Positions 35,550 through 43,766 of a stretch of 47,498 nt of DNA are shown here, one piece after another; the stretch's first letter is position 1; each line of letters opens with the position of its first letter. Both the position numbers and the translations under genes were made by a program. The DNA is from Vermiphilus sp. (GTDB taxonomy: Bacteria > Ratteibacteria > UBA8468 > B48-G9 > DTJG01), in the NCBI GenBank assembly GCA_020722805.1, contig DYKA01000002.1:1-47498 (forward strand), read 5' to 3'. The notes beneath the pieces were generated by a model. That model saw nothing but the letters and a program-made list of their open reading frames with translations. It had not been told where the DNA came from and did not search any database.

Positions 35550-37235
35550 GTGTTAGGTGGCGTGAATATTTACAAAATAATTAATGTTTTATTCCTGACG
35601 CTGTTTCTCTATACAGGGATTCTGCACCCTGACCGAAGATACGGTGGCGTCCTGATAATTTCATCATCCTCTGTTCCAAAGTCATTCAATCCAATTGTTG
35701 CAAAGGAAACAAGCACCACCTTCATAACCGGTTTCATCTTTGAGGGTTTAACGACCACAGACGCGGTTACGCAGCGGGTAAAACCAAATCTCGCAAAATC
35801 ATGGAAGGTTGATTCAAGCGGGAAAGAATGGACATTTTATTTGAGACGGGACGTTTTCTGGAATGATGGTGTTCAGTTTACTGCCAATGATGTCAAATTC
35901 ACATTTGACAGATTAATCTTTAACCCTGATATACCTACAAGCAGCAGGGATGTGTTTACAATAGACAACGGGCAGATACAGGTGCGGGTTATTGACAGAT
36001 TTACAGTGAGGTTTATCCTGCCAGACAGATTTGCTCCATTCCTGCGGTTGATGGGACAGGAGATTCTTCCAGAGCACAAATACAGGAAAATCGTTGATGA
36101 GAGAAAGTTTTCTTTTGCCATGGGACTGGATTCAAAGCCACAGGATATTGTTGGAACAGGTCCTTTTATGCTTGAGGATTTCAGACCAGGAGAATGGGTA
36201 ATTCTGAAAAAAAACAACTACTACTGGAAACATGACTTACAGGGAAATAAACTTCCGTATCTTGACAGAATCATCATACTTACAATATCAGACCAGAATC
36301 TTTCTCTTTTGAAATTCAAGAAGGGCGAACTTGATATGATTTCTTTAAGGGCGCAGGATTATCTGCTGCTTAGAAGGGCAAAAATTCCAGAGATAAAATT
36401 CTTCAATGCCGGACCTTCACTTGGTTCAGAATTTCTTATTTTCAACCAGAATCTTGATAGCAATATACCTGATTATAAGAAGGAATGGTTCAGAAATACG
36501 AATTTCAAAAGAGCAGTATCATGTGCTATAGATAGAAAAACAATTATCAACAATATTTTCGCAGGACTTGGATACCCTCTTTACGGACCTGTTAATGAGT
36601 CTGTTACCGAATTCTACAATCCGAAAATCAAGAAATTTGAATATAACCTTAAACGAGCAGAAAGATATCTTTCTGAAGCCGGTTTTCATAAGGATAGTGA
36701 TGGATTGCTTTACGACCAGAAAGGAAATCAGGTTTCTTTTTCTCTTCTCACAAACAGCAACAATTCTGAAAGGATTGAACAGGCAAATCTTATAAGAAAC
36801 GACCTCGAAAAACTCGGAATGAAGGTCAATTTTCTTCCTGTTGATTTTAATTCTCTTGTTACAAGGATAAATGCAACGAAGAACTGGGAAGCAATTATGA
36901 TTGGTTTAACAGGTGGAATTGACCCTCACTTTGGAAAAAATGTGTGGACCACAGGAGGACATCTGCATCTCTGGAATCTTGATTCGCCTCGTTCGGTATA
37001 TAGATGGGAAAAAGAAATTGATAGAATTTTTGAAGATGCGGCGAGAGAGCTTGACCAGAAAAAAAGAAAATTACTCTACGACAGATGGCAGGAAATAATG
37101 TCCGAAAATCAGGTTATGACCTTTACGGCAACATCTGCAGTTCTTTATGGCGTTAGAGACAAGTTTGGGAATCTCAGGCCCACTGTTTACGGTGGACTTT
37201 TCCACAATATTGAAGAAATCTATATCAGAAAATAG
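35550..37235 (+). CDS. ABC transporter substrate-binding protein, family 5 (peptide/nickel/oligosaccharide type)
   Basis: GTG start with a signal/anchor helix IINVLFLTLFLYTGIL. The overall SBP_bac_5 pattern is present (FNPIVAKE, WNDGVQFTANDVKFTF, GTGPFMLEDF). No permease or ATPase genes are adjacent. Confidence 0.8.
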   Translation: MLGGVNIYKIINVLFLTLFLYTGILHPDRRYGGVLIISSSSVPKSFNPIVAKETSTTFITGFIFEGLTTTDAVTQRVKPNLAKSWKVDSSGKEWTFYLRRDVFWNDGVQFTANDVKFTFDRLIFNPDIPTSSRDVFTIDNGQIQVRVIDRFTVRFILPDRFAPFLRLMGQEILPEHKYRKIVDERKFSFAMGLDSKPQDIVGTGPFMLEDFRPGEWVILKKNNYYWKHDLQGNKLPYLDRIIILTISDQNLSLLKFKKGELDMISLRAQDYLLLRRAKIPEIKFFNAGPSLGSEFLIFNQNLDSNIPDYKKEWFRNTNFKRAVSCAIDRKTIINNIFAGLGYPLYGPVNESVTEFYNPKIKKFEYNLKRAERYLSEAGFHKDSDGLLYDQKGNQVSFSLLTNSNNSERIEQANLIRNDLEKLGMKVNFLPVDFNSLVTRINATKNWEAIMIGLTGGIDPHFGKNVWTTGGHLHLWNLDSPRSVYRWEKEIDRIFEDAARELDQKKRKLLYDRWQEIMSENQVMTFTATSAVLYGVRDKFGNLRPTVYGGLFHNIEEIYIRK

Positions 37236-37238
37236 CAA

Positions 37239-37754
37239 ATGCCTGTATTGAGAATAATTTACAAGAAAGAAGGGAAGGCAGGATTTATTTCCACAAACTA
37301 TATCGGAAAAATTTTTGAAAGGGCAGTGAGAAGATTGTCCATTCCTTTGATTTTTTCTCAGGGTTTCACCCCGAGGGTTAAACTGAGTCTGGGTCCACCT
37401 CTTGCTGTTGGAATAACCGGAATGAATGAAGTAATTGATATCAGTGTTGCTGATACAGGTACTAATGTTTTTTACATCAAGAAAACGATGAATGAGTTTT
37501 TACCTGAGGGACTGAGTGTTGTTGATTGCAGGTATTTGAAACAGGGCGAAAAATCTCCGCCGGAAATAAAAAGAGCCCGTTATACTATGAAAGTACGCAG
37601 TGGTATTGTTCCTGAAATTCCAGATACCTGGAAAATTGTTTCTCAAAAAGAAGACATTGTTGATATTGAAATTCCCATTGACAGGTTTAAACACAGAGAC
37701 TTATTTCTTCGTTTTGGTAATGAAAACGTGGTCAGCAGAATATTGATTTTTTGA
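37239..37754 (+). CDS. DUF2344 / TIGR03936-type radical-SAM-associated protein (short form)
   Basis: The pattern I recall for DUF2344 is present: FISTNYIGKIFERAVRRLSIPLIFSQGFTPRVKLSLGPPLAVGITGMNEVIDI. Confidence 0.6.
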   Translation: MPVLRIIYKKEGKAGFISTNYIGKIFERAVRRLSIPLIFSQGFTPRVKLSLGPPLAVGITGMNEVIDISVADTGTNVFYIKKTMNEFLPEGLSVVDCRYLKQGEKSPPEIKRARYTMKVRSGIVPEIPDTWKIVSQKEDIVDIEIPIDRFKHRDLFLRFGNENVVSRILIF

Positions 37755-37770
37755 TAAAAACTGATATAAT
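37743..37770 (+). promoter_or_regulatory. sigma70-like promoter candidate for the IolB-like/SDR genes
   Basis: TTGATT (37743-37748), 16 nt, TATAAT (37765-37770). AGGAGG at 37821-37826 precedes ATG 37831. Confidence 0.45.
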
Positions 37771-37830
37771 TTTTCTTGCACTGAGAAAAATTTCATTTTG
37801 CGCAAATCCAGCCCTGAACCAGGAGGATTG

Positions 37831-38613
37831 ATGGCTTTGAGGATCTCTGTATTGAAAAAAAATGGATTTCAGAAAAAAATCGTATCCCCGAAGAACTCTG
37901 ACCTTAAATTTCTTTCATTCAGTTATTACTCTGGTTCTGGAAAAAGGATTATTGAGGAATATACGGAAAATGAAGAATGGCTATGGGTTCTTCTTTCGGG
38001 AAGAATGAAAATGAGTACAGCCAGTGGTTCCTTTCAGTTTATGGAAAGAAAAAATGTTTTTGAAGGTAAGCCTGTTTCATTCTACATCCCTCCGAAATTG
38101 CATTACACAGTTGAAATAGAAACAGAGGCAGAAGCAGTTGCTGTTTCTACCTCTGCAGAAGGCAATTTCAATCCAGTATTTATTTCTCCTGATTCTATTA
38201 AGACAACAAGAGCCGGAAAACTGAATTATCAAAGGACAATATTCAACATACTTCCGCAGGAGTTTCCTGCTTCAAAAATTATTGCTGGCGAGACAATCCA
38301 TGATACAGGGCACTGGTCCTGCTTCCTTCCTCACAAACACGACCAGGATAATATGCCTGAAGAAAGCAAACATGAGGAGTTGTATTTTTTTAAGTGCGAG
38401 CCAGAAAAGACAGGATTTGGTATGATTCGTATTTATGATGAAACTCAGGATATATCTTTCCCCATACTTACCAATGACCTGATAACCATACCTCGTGGAT
38501 ATCATTCTGTCGGGCTTATCCCCGAACATAAACTTTATTACTTCTGGGCTCTTGCTGGAGAAAAAAGACAGTTTCAGAGACATACGCATCCCGATTACCT
38601 GAAATATGAATAG
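37831..38613 (+). CDS. KduI/IolB family cupin isomerase (5-deoxy-glucuronate isomerase IolB-like)
   Basis: PHKHDQDNMPEESKHEELYFF, GFGMIRIY, IPRGYHSVG and YYFWALAGE match the IolB pattern PPHKHD..N.P.ES.LEE.YY. Confidence 0.7.
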   Translation: MALRISVLKKNGFQKKIVSPKNSDLKFLSFSYYSGSGKRIIEEYTENEEWLWVLLSGRMKMSTASGSFQFMERKNVFEGKPVSFYIPPKLHYTVEIETEAEAVAVSTSAEGNFNPVFISPDSIKTTRAGKLNYQRTIFNILPQEFPASKIIAGETIHDTGHWSCFLPHKHDQDNMPEESKHEELYFFKCEPEKTGFGMIRIYDETQDISFPILTNDLITIPRGYHSVGLIPEHKLYYFWALAGEKRQFQRHTHPDYLKYE

Positions 38614-38624
38614 TGGAGGATAAA

Positions 38625-39452
38625 ATGTGCAATTTGAGTGATAGACTTTTCAGTCTTGACGGAATGAATGCTGTTGTGACAGGTGGGGCTGGGGTTTTAG
38701 GAATGAGCATATGCCGCGGACTTGCCGGTGCTGGTGCACGCGTTGCTGTTGCCGATATGAAAAATTTTAAGGAATCAGCGGACCTGCTTGTTTCTGAAGG
38801 TTTTTCATCTGACGGGTTCTATATTGATGTTCTGAAGAAGGAAAAGATTATTGAGTGTGCAAAGGAGATTATGAAGAAATACGGCCGGGTTGATATTCTT
38901 GTTAATTGTGCGGGAGGCAATCTTAAGGAAGCAACAACGTCTCCTGACCTGAGTTTTTTTGATCTGCCACTTGAGGGACTTGAGAAGGTTATTGCTCTTA
39001 ATCTTTTTGGCGGAGCAATACTGCCTTCGCAGGTATTTGGCAGGGAAATGGTGAAGAATCCTGAAGGCGGGTCAATCATAAACATCTCCTCCATGAATGC
39101 CTTCAGACCACTTACAAGAATTCCAGGTTATTCTGCTGCAAAGGCAGCAGTGAGTAATTTTACTCAGTGGCTTGCTGTTCATTTTGCAATGGAATACAAT
39201 AAACGGTTAAGGGTGAACGCAATAGCGCCTGGTTTCTTTCTGACTCAACAGAACCGTTATCTTTTGACCGATGAAAAAAATGAGCTTACACCAAGGGGAC
39301 AGACAATTATTCAACATACACCGATGGGAAGGTTTGGAAATCCGGAAGACCTGAAAGGAACATGTATCTGGCTGGCTTCAAAAGCATCGTCGTTTGTTAC
39401 AGGGGTTGTTATTCCTGTTGACGGTGGGTTCAATGCATACTCCGGAGTTTGA
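38625..39452 (+). CDS. SDR family oxidoreductase, D-mannonate oxidoreductase (UxuB/YjmF)-like
   Basis: Motifs: VVTGGAGVLG, NCAGGN, SSMNAFRPLTRIPGYSAAKAAVSNFTQWLAVHFA, RVNAIAPGFFLTQQNRYLL, and C-terminal PVDGGFNAYSGV. GGAGGA precedes ATG 38625. Confidence 0.75.
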   Translation: MCNLSDRLFSLDGMNAVVTGGAGVLGMSICRGLAGAGARVAVADMKNFKESADLLVSEGFSSDGFYIDVLKKEKIIECAKEIMKKYGRVDILVNCAGGNLKEATTSPDLSFFDLPLEGLEKVIALNLFGGAILPSQVFGREMVKNPEGGSIINISSMNAFRPLTRIPGYSAAKAAVSNFTQWLAVHFAMEYNKRLRVNAIAPGFFLTQQNRYLLTDEKNELTPRGQTIIQHTPMGRFGNPEDLKGTCIWLASKASSFVTGVVIPVDGGFNAYSGV

Positions 39453-39487
39453 GAGAGTGTCGGATTGAAAGTAAATTCTCACTGAAC

Positions 39488-39600
39488 CCTGTTATGCGTC
39501 GGCACAAAGTTAATACTTATCAACAAAAAGCACGATACTCAGGCACAGAGGCACAGAGTAAAATAAAAAACATAAAACTTTGTGCCTGTAAGTATAAACA
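39488..39600 (+). repeat. family-A palindromic intergenic repeat, copy A2
   Basis: GTTATGCGTCGGCACAAAGTTAATACTTATCAACAAA...ATACTCAGGCACAGAGGCACAGAGT...AACTTTGTGCCTGTAAGTAT. The 11-bp terminal inverted repeats GGCACAAAGTT (39501-39511) and AACTTTGTGCC (39576-39586) are present. Confidence 0.8.
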
Positions 39601-39615
39601 ATGTGAGGGGATTTA

Positions 39616-39634
39616 GGGAGATTTTCTCCCTTTG
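39616..39634 (+). terminator. possible intrinsic terminator after the IolB-like/SDR genes
   Basis: GGGAGA-TTT-TCTCCC hairpin followed by TTTG. The stem is short and the T-tract weak. Confidence 0.3.
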
Positions 39635-39741
39635 AAAAAGGGGGACTAAATGGGGATTTACAAAAGGAAGGAGTAAGAGGGGAGAAAAAATAAAAACATT
39701 AGGTAAATTTGGCAGAACCGACTTTTAACATAGGAGAAAAA

Positions 39742-41226
39742 ATGAAAAAGGCGGATATTGGAGTTATTGGAATGGAAGTGATGGGAAAAAGTCTTGCTCT
39801 TAATATGGAAAGCAAGGGATACACAGTGGCTGTCTACAATAGAACAGGCCAAAAGACAAAGGATTTTGCAGATGGACCTGCAAAGGGTAAGAACATAATT
39901 CCAACTTACGAGATCAAGGATTTTGTCAACGCGCTGGAAAGCCCGAAAAAAATTATGATGATGGTAAAGGAAGGCGCACCTGTTGATGGTTTTATTGAAA
40001 TGCTCCTTCCTTTCCTGAAGAAGGGAGACCTCATAATAGATGGTGGAAACTCCTTTTTCAAGGATACAATACGGAGAAACAAAAATCTAAGTGAGAAGGG
40101 GATATTTTTTATAGGAACAGGTGTTTCAGGCGGAGAAGAAGGTGCTCTTAAAGGGCCTGCTATAATGCCTGGTGGTCAGAAAGAAGCATACCAACTTGTG
40201 GAGAAAATATTCAGAGATATTTCTGCAAAAGCATACGACGGTGAGCCGTGCGTTGATTATATCGGTCCTGACGGCGCAGGCCACTTTGTCAAGACAATTC
40301 ATAATGGTATTGAGTACGGCGATATGCAGTTGATTGGAGAAGTAGTATGGTTTTTCAAAAACACCGGAATGAAGGCAGACAGAATTGCAGACATCATGGC
40401 ACGCTGGAATGGTAAGGATGATATTCTGAGGTCTTACCTTATAGAGATTACGGCAGACAGTATGAAGCAGAAACACGCAGGTTCGGATGAGTTTCTTGTT
40501 GACAGGGTTGCTGACATTACAAGAATGAAGGGCACTGGTACCTGGACTGTTCAGAGTGCACTTGAACTACTTGTGCCTATTCCCACCATAGCAGCGGCAG
40601 TTTTTTCAAGGGAAATGTCTCAGGATAAAGATCTTCGGCTGGCAATGTCAAAAAACTTTTCATTCTCCTCTGGGAAGTTTGGTGGTAATCCTGAAGAAAT
40701 GATAGATGTTGCGCATGACGCACTTTACATAGCGAAGATTTCTTCCTATGCTCAGGGGATTGCTTTACTTACTGCAGCTTCATCAGTGTACAACTTTAAT
40801 CTGAACATAGGAAGAATAGCAAAAATCTGGAGGGCTGGCTGCATTATAAGGGCACAATTTCTTGACGAAATTACCCGTGCTTATGAAGCGAACCCGAATC
40901 TTCCAAATCTTCTTGCTTCACCGAAATTTGCGGGTTTTGTATCGGCAAACATAGGAAAACTTGCAAGATTCATTGAGGTTGCTCATCAGTGTGGCGTTCC
41001 AGCACTTGCGATGTCAAGTGCATTTGACTACATACTTCAGATTACATCTGCTGTTATGCCTTCAGCACAGGTTTCTGCTCTTCAGAGAGATTATTTTGGG
41101 GCGCATGGATATTTTAAGATTAACTCAGGAAGCCCTGAATTGATGGTTAACAGCGAGGGAAAGGTAAGGGAATTTCATACTGAATGGCTGGTTCCCGGAA
41201 GGCCAGAAAAGGAAATAACAAAATAG
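39742..41226 (+). CDS. gnd: 6-phosphogluconate dehydrogenase, decarboxylating
   Basis: Motifs: IGVIGMEVMGKSLALN, DGGNSFFKDT, GTGVSGGEEGALKGPAIMPGG, HNGIEYGDMQLI, RDYFGAHGY. AGGAG precedes ATG 39742. Confidence 0.9.
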   Translation: MKKADIGVIGMEVMGKSLALNMESKGYTVAVYNRTGQKTKDFADGPAKGKNIIPTYEIKDFVNALESPKKIMMMVKEGAPVDGFIEMLLPFLKKGDLIIDGGNSFFKDTIRRNKNLSEKGIFFIGTGVSGGEEGALKGPAIMPGGQKEAYQLVEKIFRDISAKAYDGEPCVDYIGPDGAGHFVKTIHNGIEYGDMQLIGEVVWFFKNTGMKADRIADIMARWNGKDDILRSYLIEITADSMKQKHAGSDEFLVDRVADITRMKGTGTWTVQSALELLVPIPTIAAAVFSREMSQDKDLRLAMSKNFSFSSGKFGGNPEEMIDVAHDALYIAKISSYAQGIALLTAASSVYNFNLNIGRIAKIWRAGCIIRAQFLDEITRAYEANPNLPNLLASPKFAGFVSANIGKLARFIEVAHQCGVPALAMSSAFDYILQITSAVMPSAQVSALQRDYFGAHGYFKINSGSPELMVNSEGKVREFHTEWLVPGRPEKEITK

Positions 41227-41269
41227 TTTGCGGATATTACTGCGTGGAAAATGGGATTTACAGGATTGG

Positions 41270-41392
41270 GTAAATACTCAGTAAAGTACATTTTATTGCA
41301 AAGTGAACAGTTCAAATTACATAAGGCAAGAAGAATAAATAATTTTAATTTTGCAGTTTACAATTTGCGTTTTGCATTGAATATTCAGTAAA
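41270..41392 (+). repeat. family-B intergenic repeat, copy B2 (full length)
   Basis: The core AAATACTCAGTAAAGTACATTTTATTGCAAA lies at 41272-41302. The distal block is TTTTAATTTTGCAGTTTACAATTTGCGTTTTGCATTGAATATTCAG. Both ends match B1 in reverse complement; the centre diverges. Confidence 0.8.
41357..41385 (+). promoter_or_regulatory. promoter candidate inside repeat B2 for the HAD-like/LarA-like/UxaE-like/tkt operon
   Basis: TTTACA (41357-41362), 17 nt, AATATT (41380-41385). The -10 lies 58 nt before ATG 41444. Confidence 0.35.
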
Positions 41393-41443
41393 CCGTGTTT
41401 TCTGAATGTTTCAGGATTGGAATGTCCTATCTACCAAAACACA

Positions 41444-42484
41444 ATGTTTGAAAGAATTTCAAAACAACAGCTGAAAGAAAACCCTGAAATTCAGATGAGA
41501 AATTTCAGGTCCCGGAAAAAGTATCTTGTTGCAATTGATACAGATGGTTGTATAACTGACAATATGAATGGAAAACAGATGCTGATTTTTCATCCACAAT
41601 ACATGGAATTCTACCAGTTGTGGGAGATAGAATCTTACTTCAGGGAAACTGCTGAGTTTTACAATCTGTTTTCAATTTACAGGGGTTGCAATAGATTTAT
41701 TGCTCTTCAATTGACACTGAGTGCGCTTCACAGTCGAACTGATGTTCAGAGTGCAGCGAAACAGACCAGTACAAAAATACCATCAGTGGAAGTTATCAAC
41801 AGGTACATTGAATTTTGCATGGGGAATAACCTTGGCCCGGGAAACCCATCTCTTGAGATATTTCTTGAAACAAACCCGCTGGATCTGGAGATCTACAAAC
41901 TTCTTGGATGGAGCGAGGCAGTGAACAGAAATTTTCCTTTTATCAGCATGAGGATTCCACCCTTTGAGAATGCCATCAGAGCCTTTGAGATAATGAACGA
42001 AATGGCAGATATTATTGTTGTATCGCAAACTCCATATGATGACCTTGTTGACTACTGGGAATTTTACGGGCTGTTGAGATATGTAAGGATTGTGTGCGGT
42101 CAGGAAATGGGCAGCAAAGCACATCATATAGAAGTTATCAAAGAAAATGGTGGTTATTCAAATGAAAATATCCTCATGATTGGCGATGGAGACGGGGATT
42201 TGAAGGCAGCCAGGAAAAACAATGTATGCTTCTATCCGGTTTTCCCCGGAAAAGAAACAGATTCGTGGGAGAGGTTTTCTGATATATTTATGACTTTTAT
42301 AAATGGAAGATATACGATGGATATGGAGAAAAAAATGATAGATGAATTTTCAACTATTTTGATTAAAAATCCGGTGTGGGAAAGACAGGATTACAATCAT
42401 ATTCAGGCATACAGGGAAAAACAAAATATCAGGAAATCCCTTTATGAAAAATTAAATCCAGATGGCAGGCTCTTGACTTTTTAG
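41444..42484 (+). CDS. HAD-superfamily hydrolase-like protein with large cap insertion (unusually long)
   Basis: Motif I LVAIDTDGCITD, motif II VVSQTP, motif IV IGDGDGDLKAA. The tracked ORF starts at TTG 41417; the start is uncertain. Confidence 0.6.
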   Translation: MFERISKQQLKENPEIQMRNFRSRKKYLVAIDTDGCITDNMNGKQMLIFHPQYMEFYQLWEIESYFRETAEFYNLFSIYRGCNRFIALQLTLSALHSRTDVQSAAKQTSTKIPSVEVINRYIEFCMGNNLGPGNPSLEIFLETNPLDLEIYKLLGWSEAVNRNFPFISMRIPPFENAIRAFEIMNEMADIIVVSQTPYDDLVDYWEFYGLLRYVRIVCGQEMGSKAHHIEVIKENGGYSNENILMIGDGDGDLKAARKNNVCFYPVFPGKETDSWERFSDIFMTFINGRYTMDMEKKMIDEFSTILIKNPVWERQDYNHIQAYREKQNIRKSLYEKLNPDGRLLTF

Positions 42485-42491
42485 GAGAAAA

Positions 42492-43766
42492 ATGAAAGGC
42501 AAAGCAAACAGCAGTCCTTTTTCAGAGCAGAAATTTATTTCTTTGCTGAAAGAAATTATTCAATCCATTGATTTCAAAAATCAAAAGGTTCTTGCAATTA
42601 TTCCTGACAGCACCCGTTCAGGACCAACAGGATGTCTTTTCAAAGCGATTGTTGAAACCCTTTACGGTTCAGCAAGAAAAATTGATTTCATGATTGCGCT
42701 CGGGACCCATCCTGTTATGAGCAACCATTCACTGGAAAAACTGCTTGATATAACATATCTTGAGATTAAAAATCAGTATCCTGAAACAGAAATTTACCAG
42801 CACCGCTGGGATGACAGCAAAGAAATAATTAAGATCGGGACAATTACTGCCGAACAAATCTCTGAAATATCAGGTGGACTTCTGTGTGAAGATATTCCAG
42901 TAACAATCAACCGAAAGGTGCTTGAATATGACCACATTATTCTTGCAGGACCTGTTTTCCCTCACGAGGTTGTTGGTTTTTCAGGTGGATATAAATATCT
43001 TTTCCCGGGTGTTTCAGGGCCTCATTTCCTTCATAAATTTCACTGGCTCGGCGCGCTGATAACAAATCCAAAGATTAATGGAACGAAACACACTCCTGTA
43101 AGAGATGCTATAAACAAAGCAGTTTCATTTATTAATAAACCGCTTACCCAGATATGCTATGTCGTCAAGGAAAAAAAAGTTTATGGTGTTTTTGCGGGCG
43201 ATGAGAACGCATGGTCTGCTGCAGCGGACCTTTCAGCACAGTTGAATATAAAATATGTTGATAAGAGTTACAGCAGGGTTCTTTCAATGGCACCGAAAAT
43301 GTATGATGATATATGGACTGCTGGCAAATGTATGTACAAGCTTGAACCAGTAGTTGTTGATAATGGGACTTTAATTATTTATGCACCGCATATCACAGAG
43401 GTTTCTTATACTCATGGGAAATATATAAAACAAGTAGGCTACCACACCCGTGATTATTTTTTGAAGCAATGGGAGGTCTTTAAAAATTTTCCGGGCGGAA
43501 TCCTTGCCCATTCAACCCATGTAAAAGGCATAGGAACGTTTATTGACGGTGTTGAAAAGCCAAGAATTAAAGTATGTCTTGCTACAGGCATAGATAGAGA
43601 AACCTGCAGACAGATTAATCTTGAATATATCAACCCGGACACAGTGGATTCTTTTTCATTCAATGATGAAGATTCACTTGTGGTAAAAGATGCAGGGGAA
43701 GTATTGTTCAGACTAAAGGATGGTACTGTACCTGATATTGATGCCCTTTACAGGAAATCAAAATGA
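42492..43766 (+). CDS. LarA-like (lactate racemase domain, DUF2088) nickel-pincer-cofactor-dependent 2-hydroxyacid racemase/epimerase candidate
   Basis: Motifs: AIIPDSTRSGP, ALGTHPVM, PHEVVGFSGGYKYLFPG. The Lys in GGYK aligns with the cofactor-tethering Lys of LarA (GG.K). AGGAG precedes ATG 42492. Confidence 0.7.
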   Translation: MKGKANSSPFSEQKFISLLKEIIQSIDFKNQKVLAIIPDSTRSGPTGCLFKAIVETLYGSARKIDFMIALGTHPVMSNHSLEKLLDITYLEIKNQYPETEIYQHRWDDSKEIIKIGTITAEQISEISGGLLCEDIPVTINRKVLEYDHIILAGPVFPHEVVGFSGGYKYLFPGVSGPHFLHKFHWLGALITNPKINGTKHTPVRDAINKAVSFINKPLTQICYVVKEKKVYGVFAGDENAWSAAADLSAQLNIKYVDKSYSRVLSMAPKMYDDIWTAGKCMYKLEPVVVDNGTLIIYAPHITEVSYTHGKYIKQVGYHTRDYFLKQWEVFKNFPGGILAHSTHVKGIGTFIDGVEKPRIKVCLATGIDRETCRQINLEYINPDTVDSFSFNDEDSLVVKDAGEVLFRLKDGTVPDIDALYRKSK

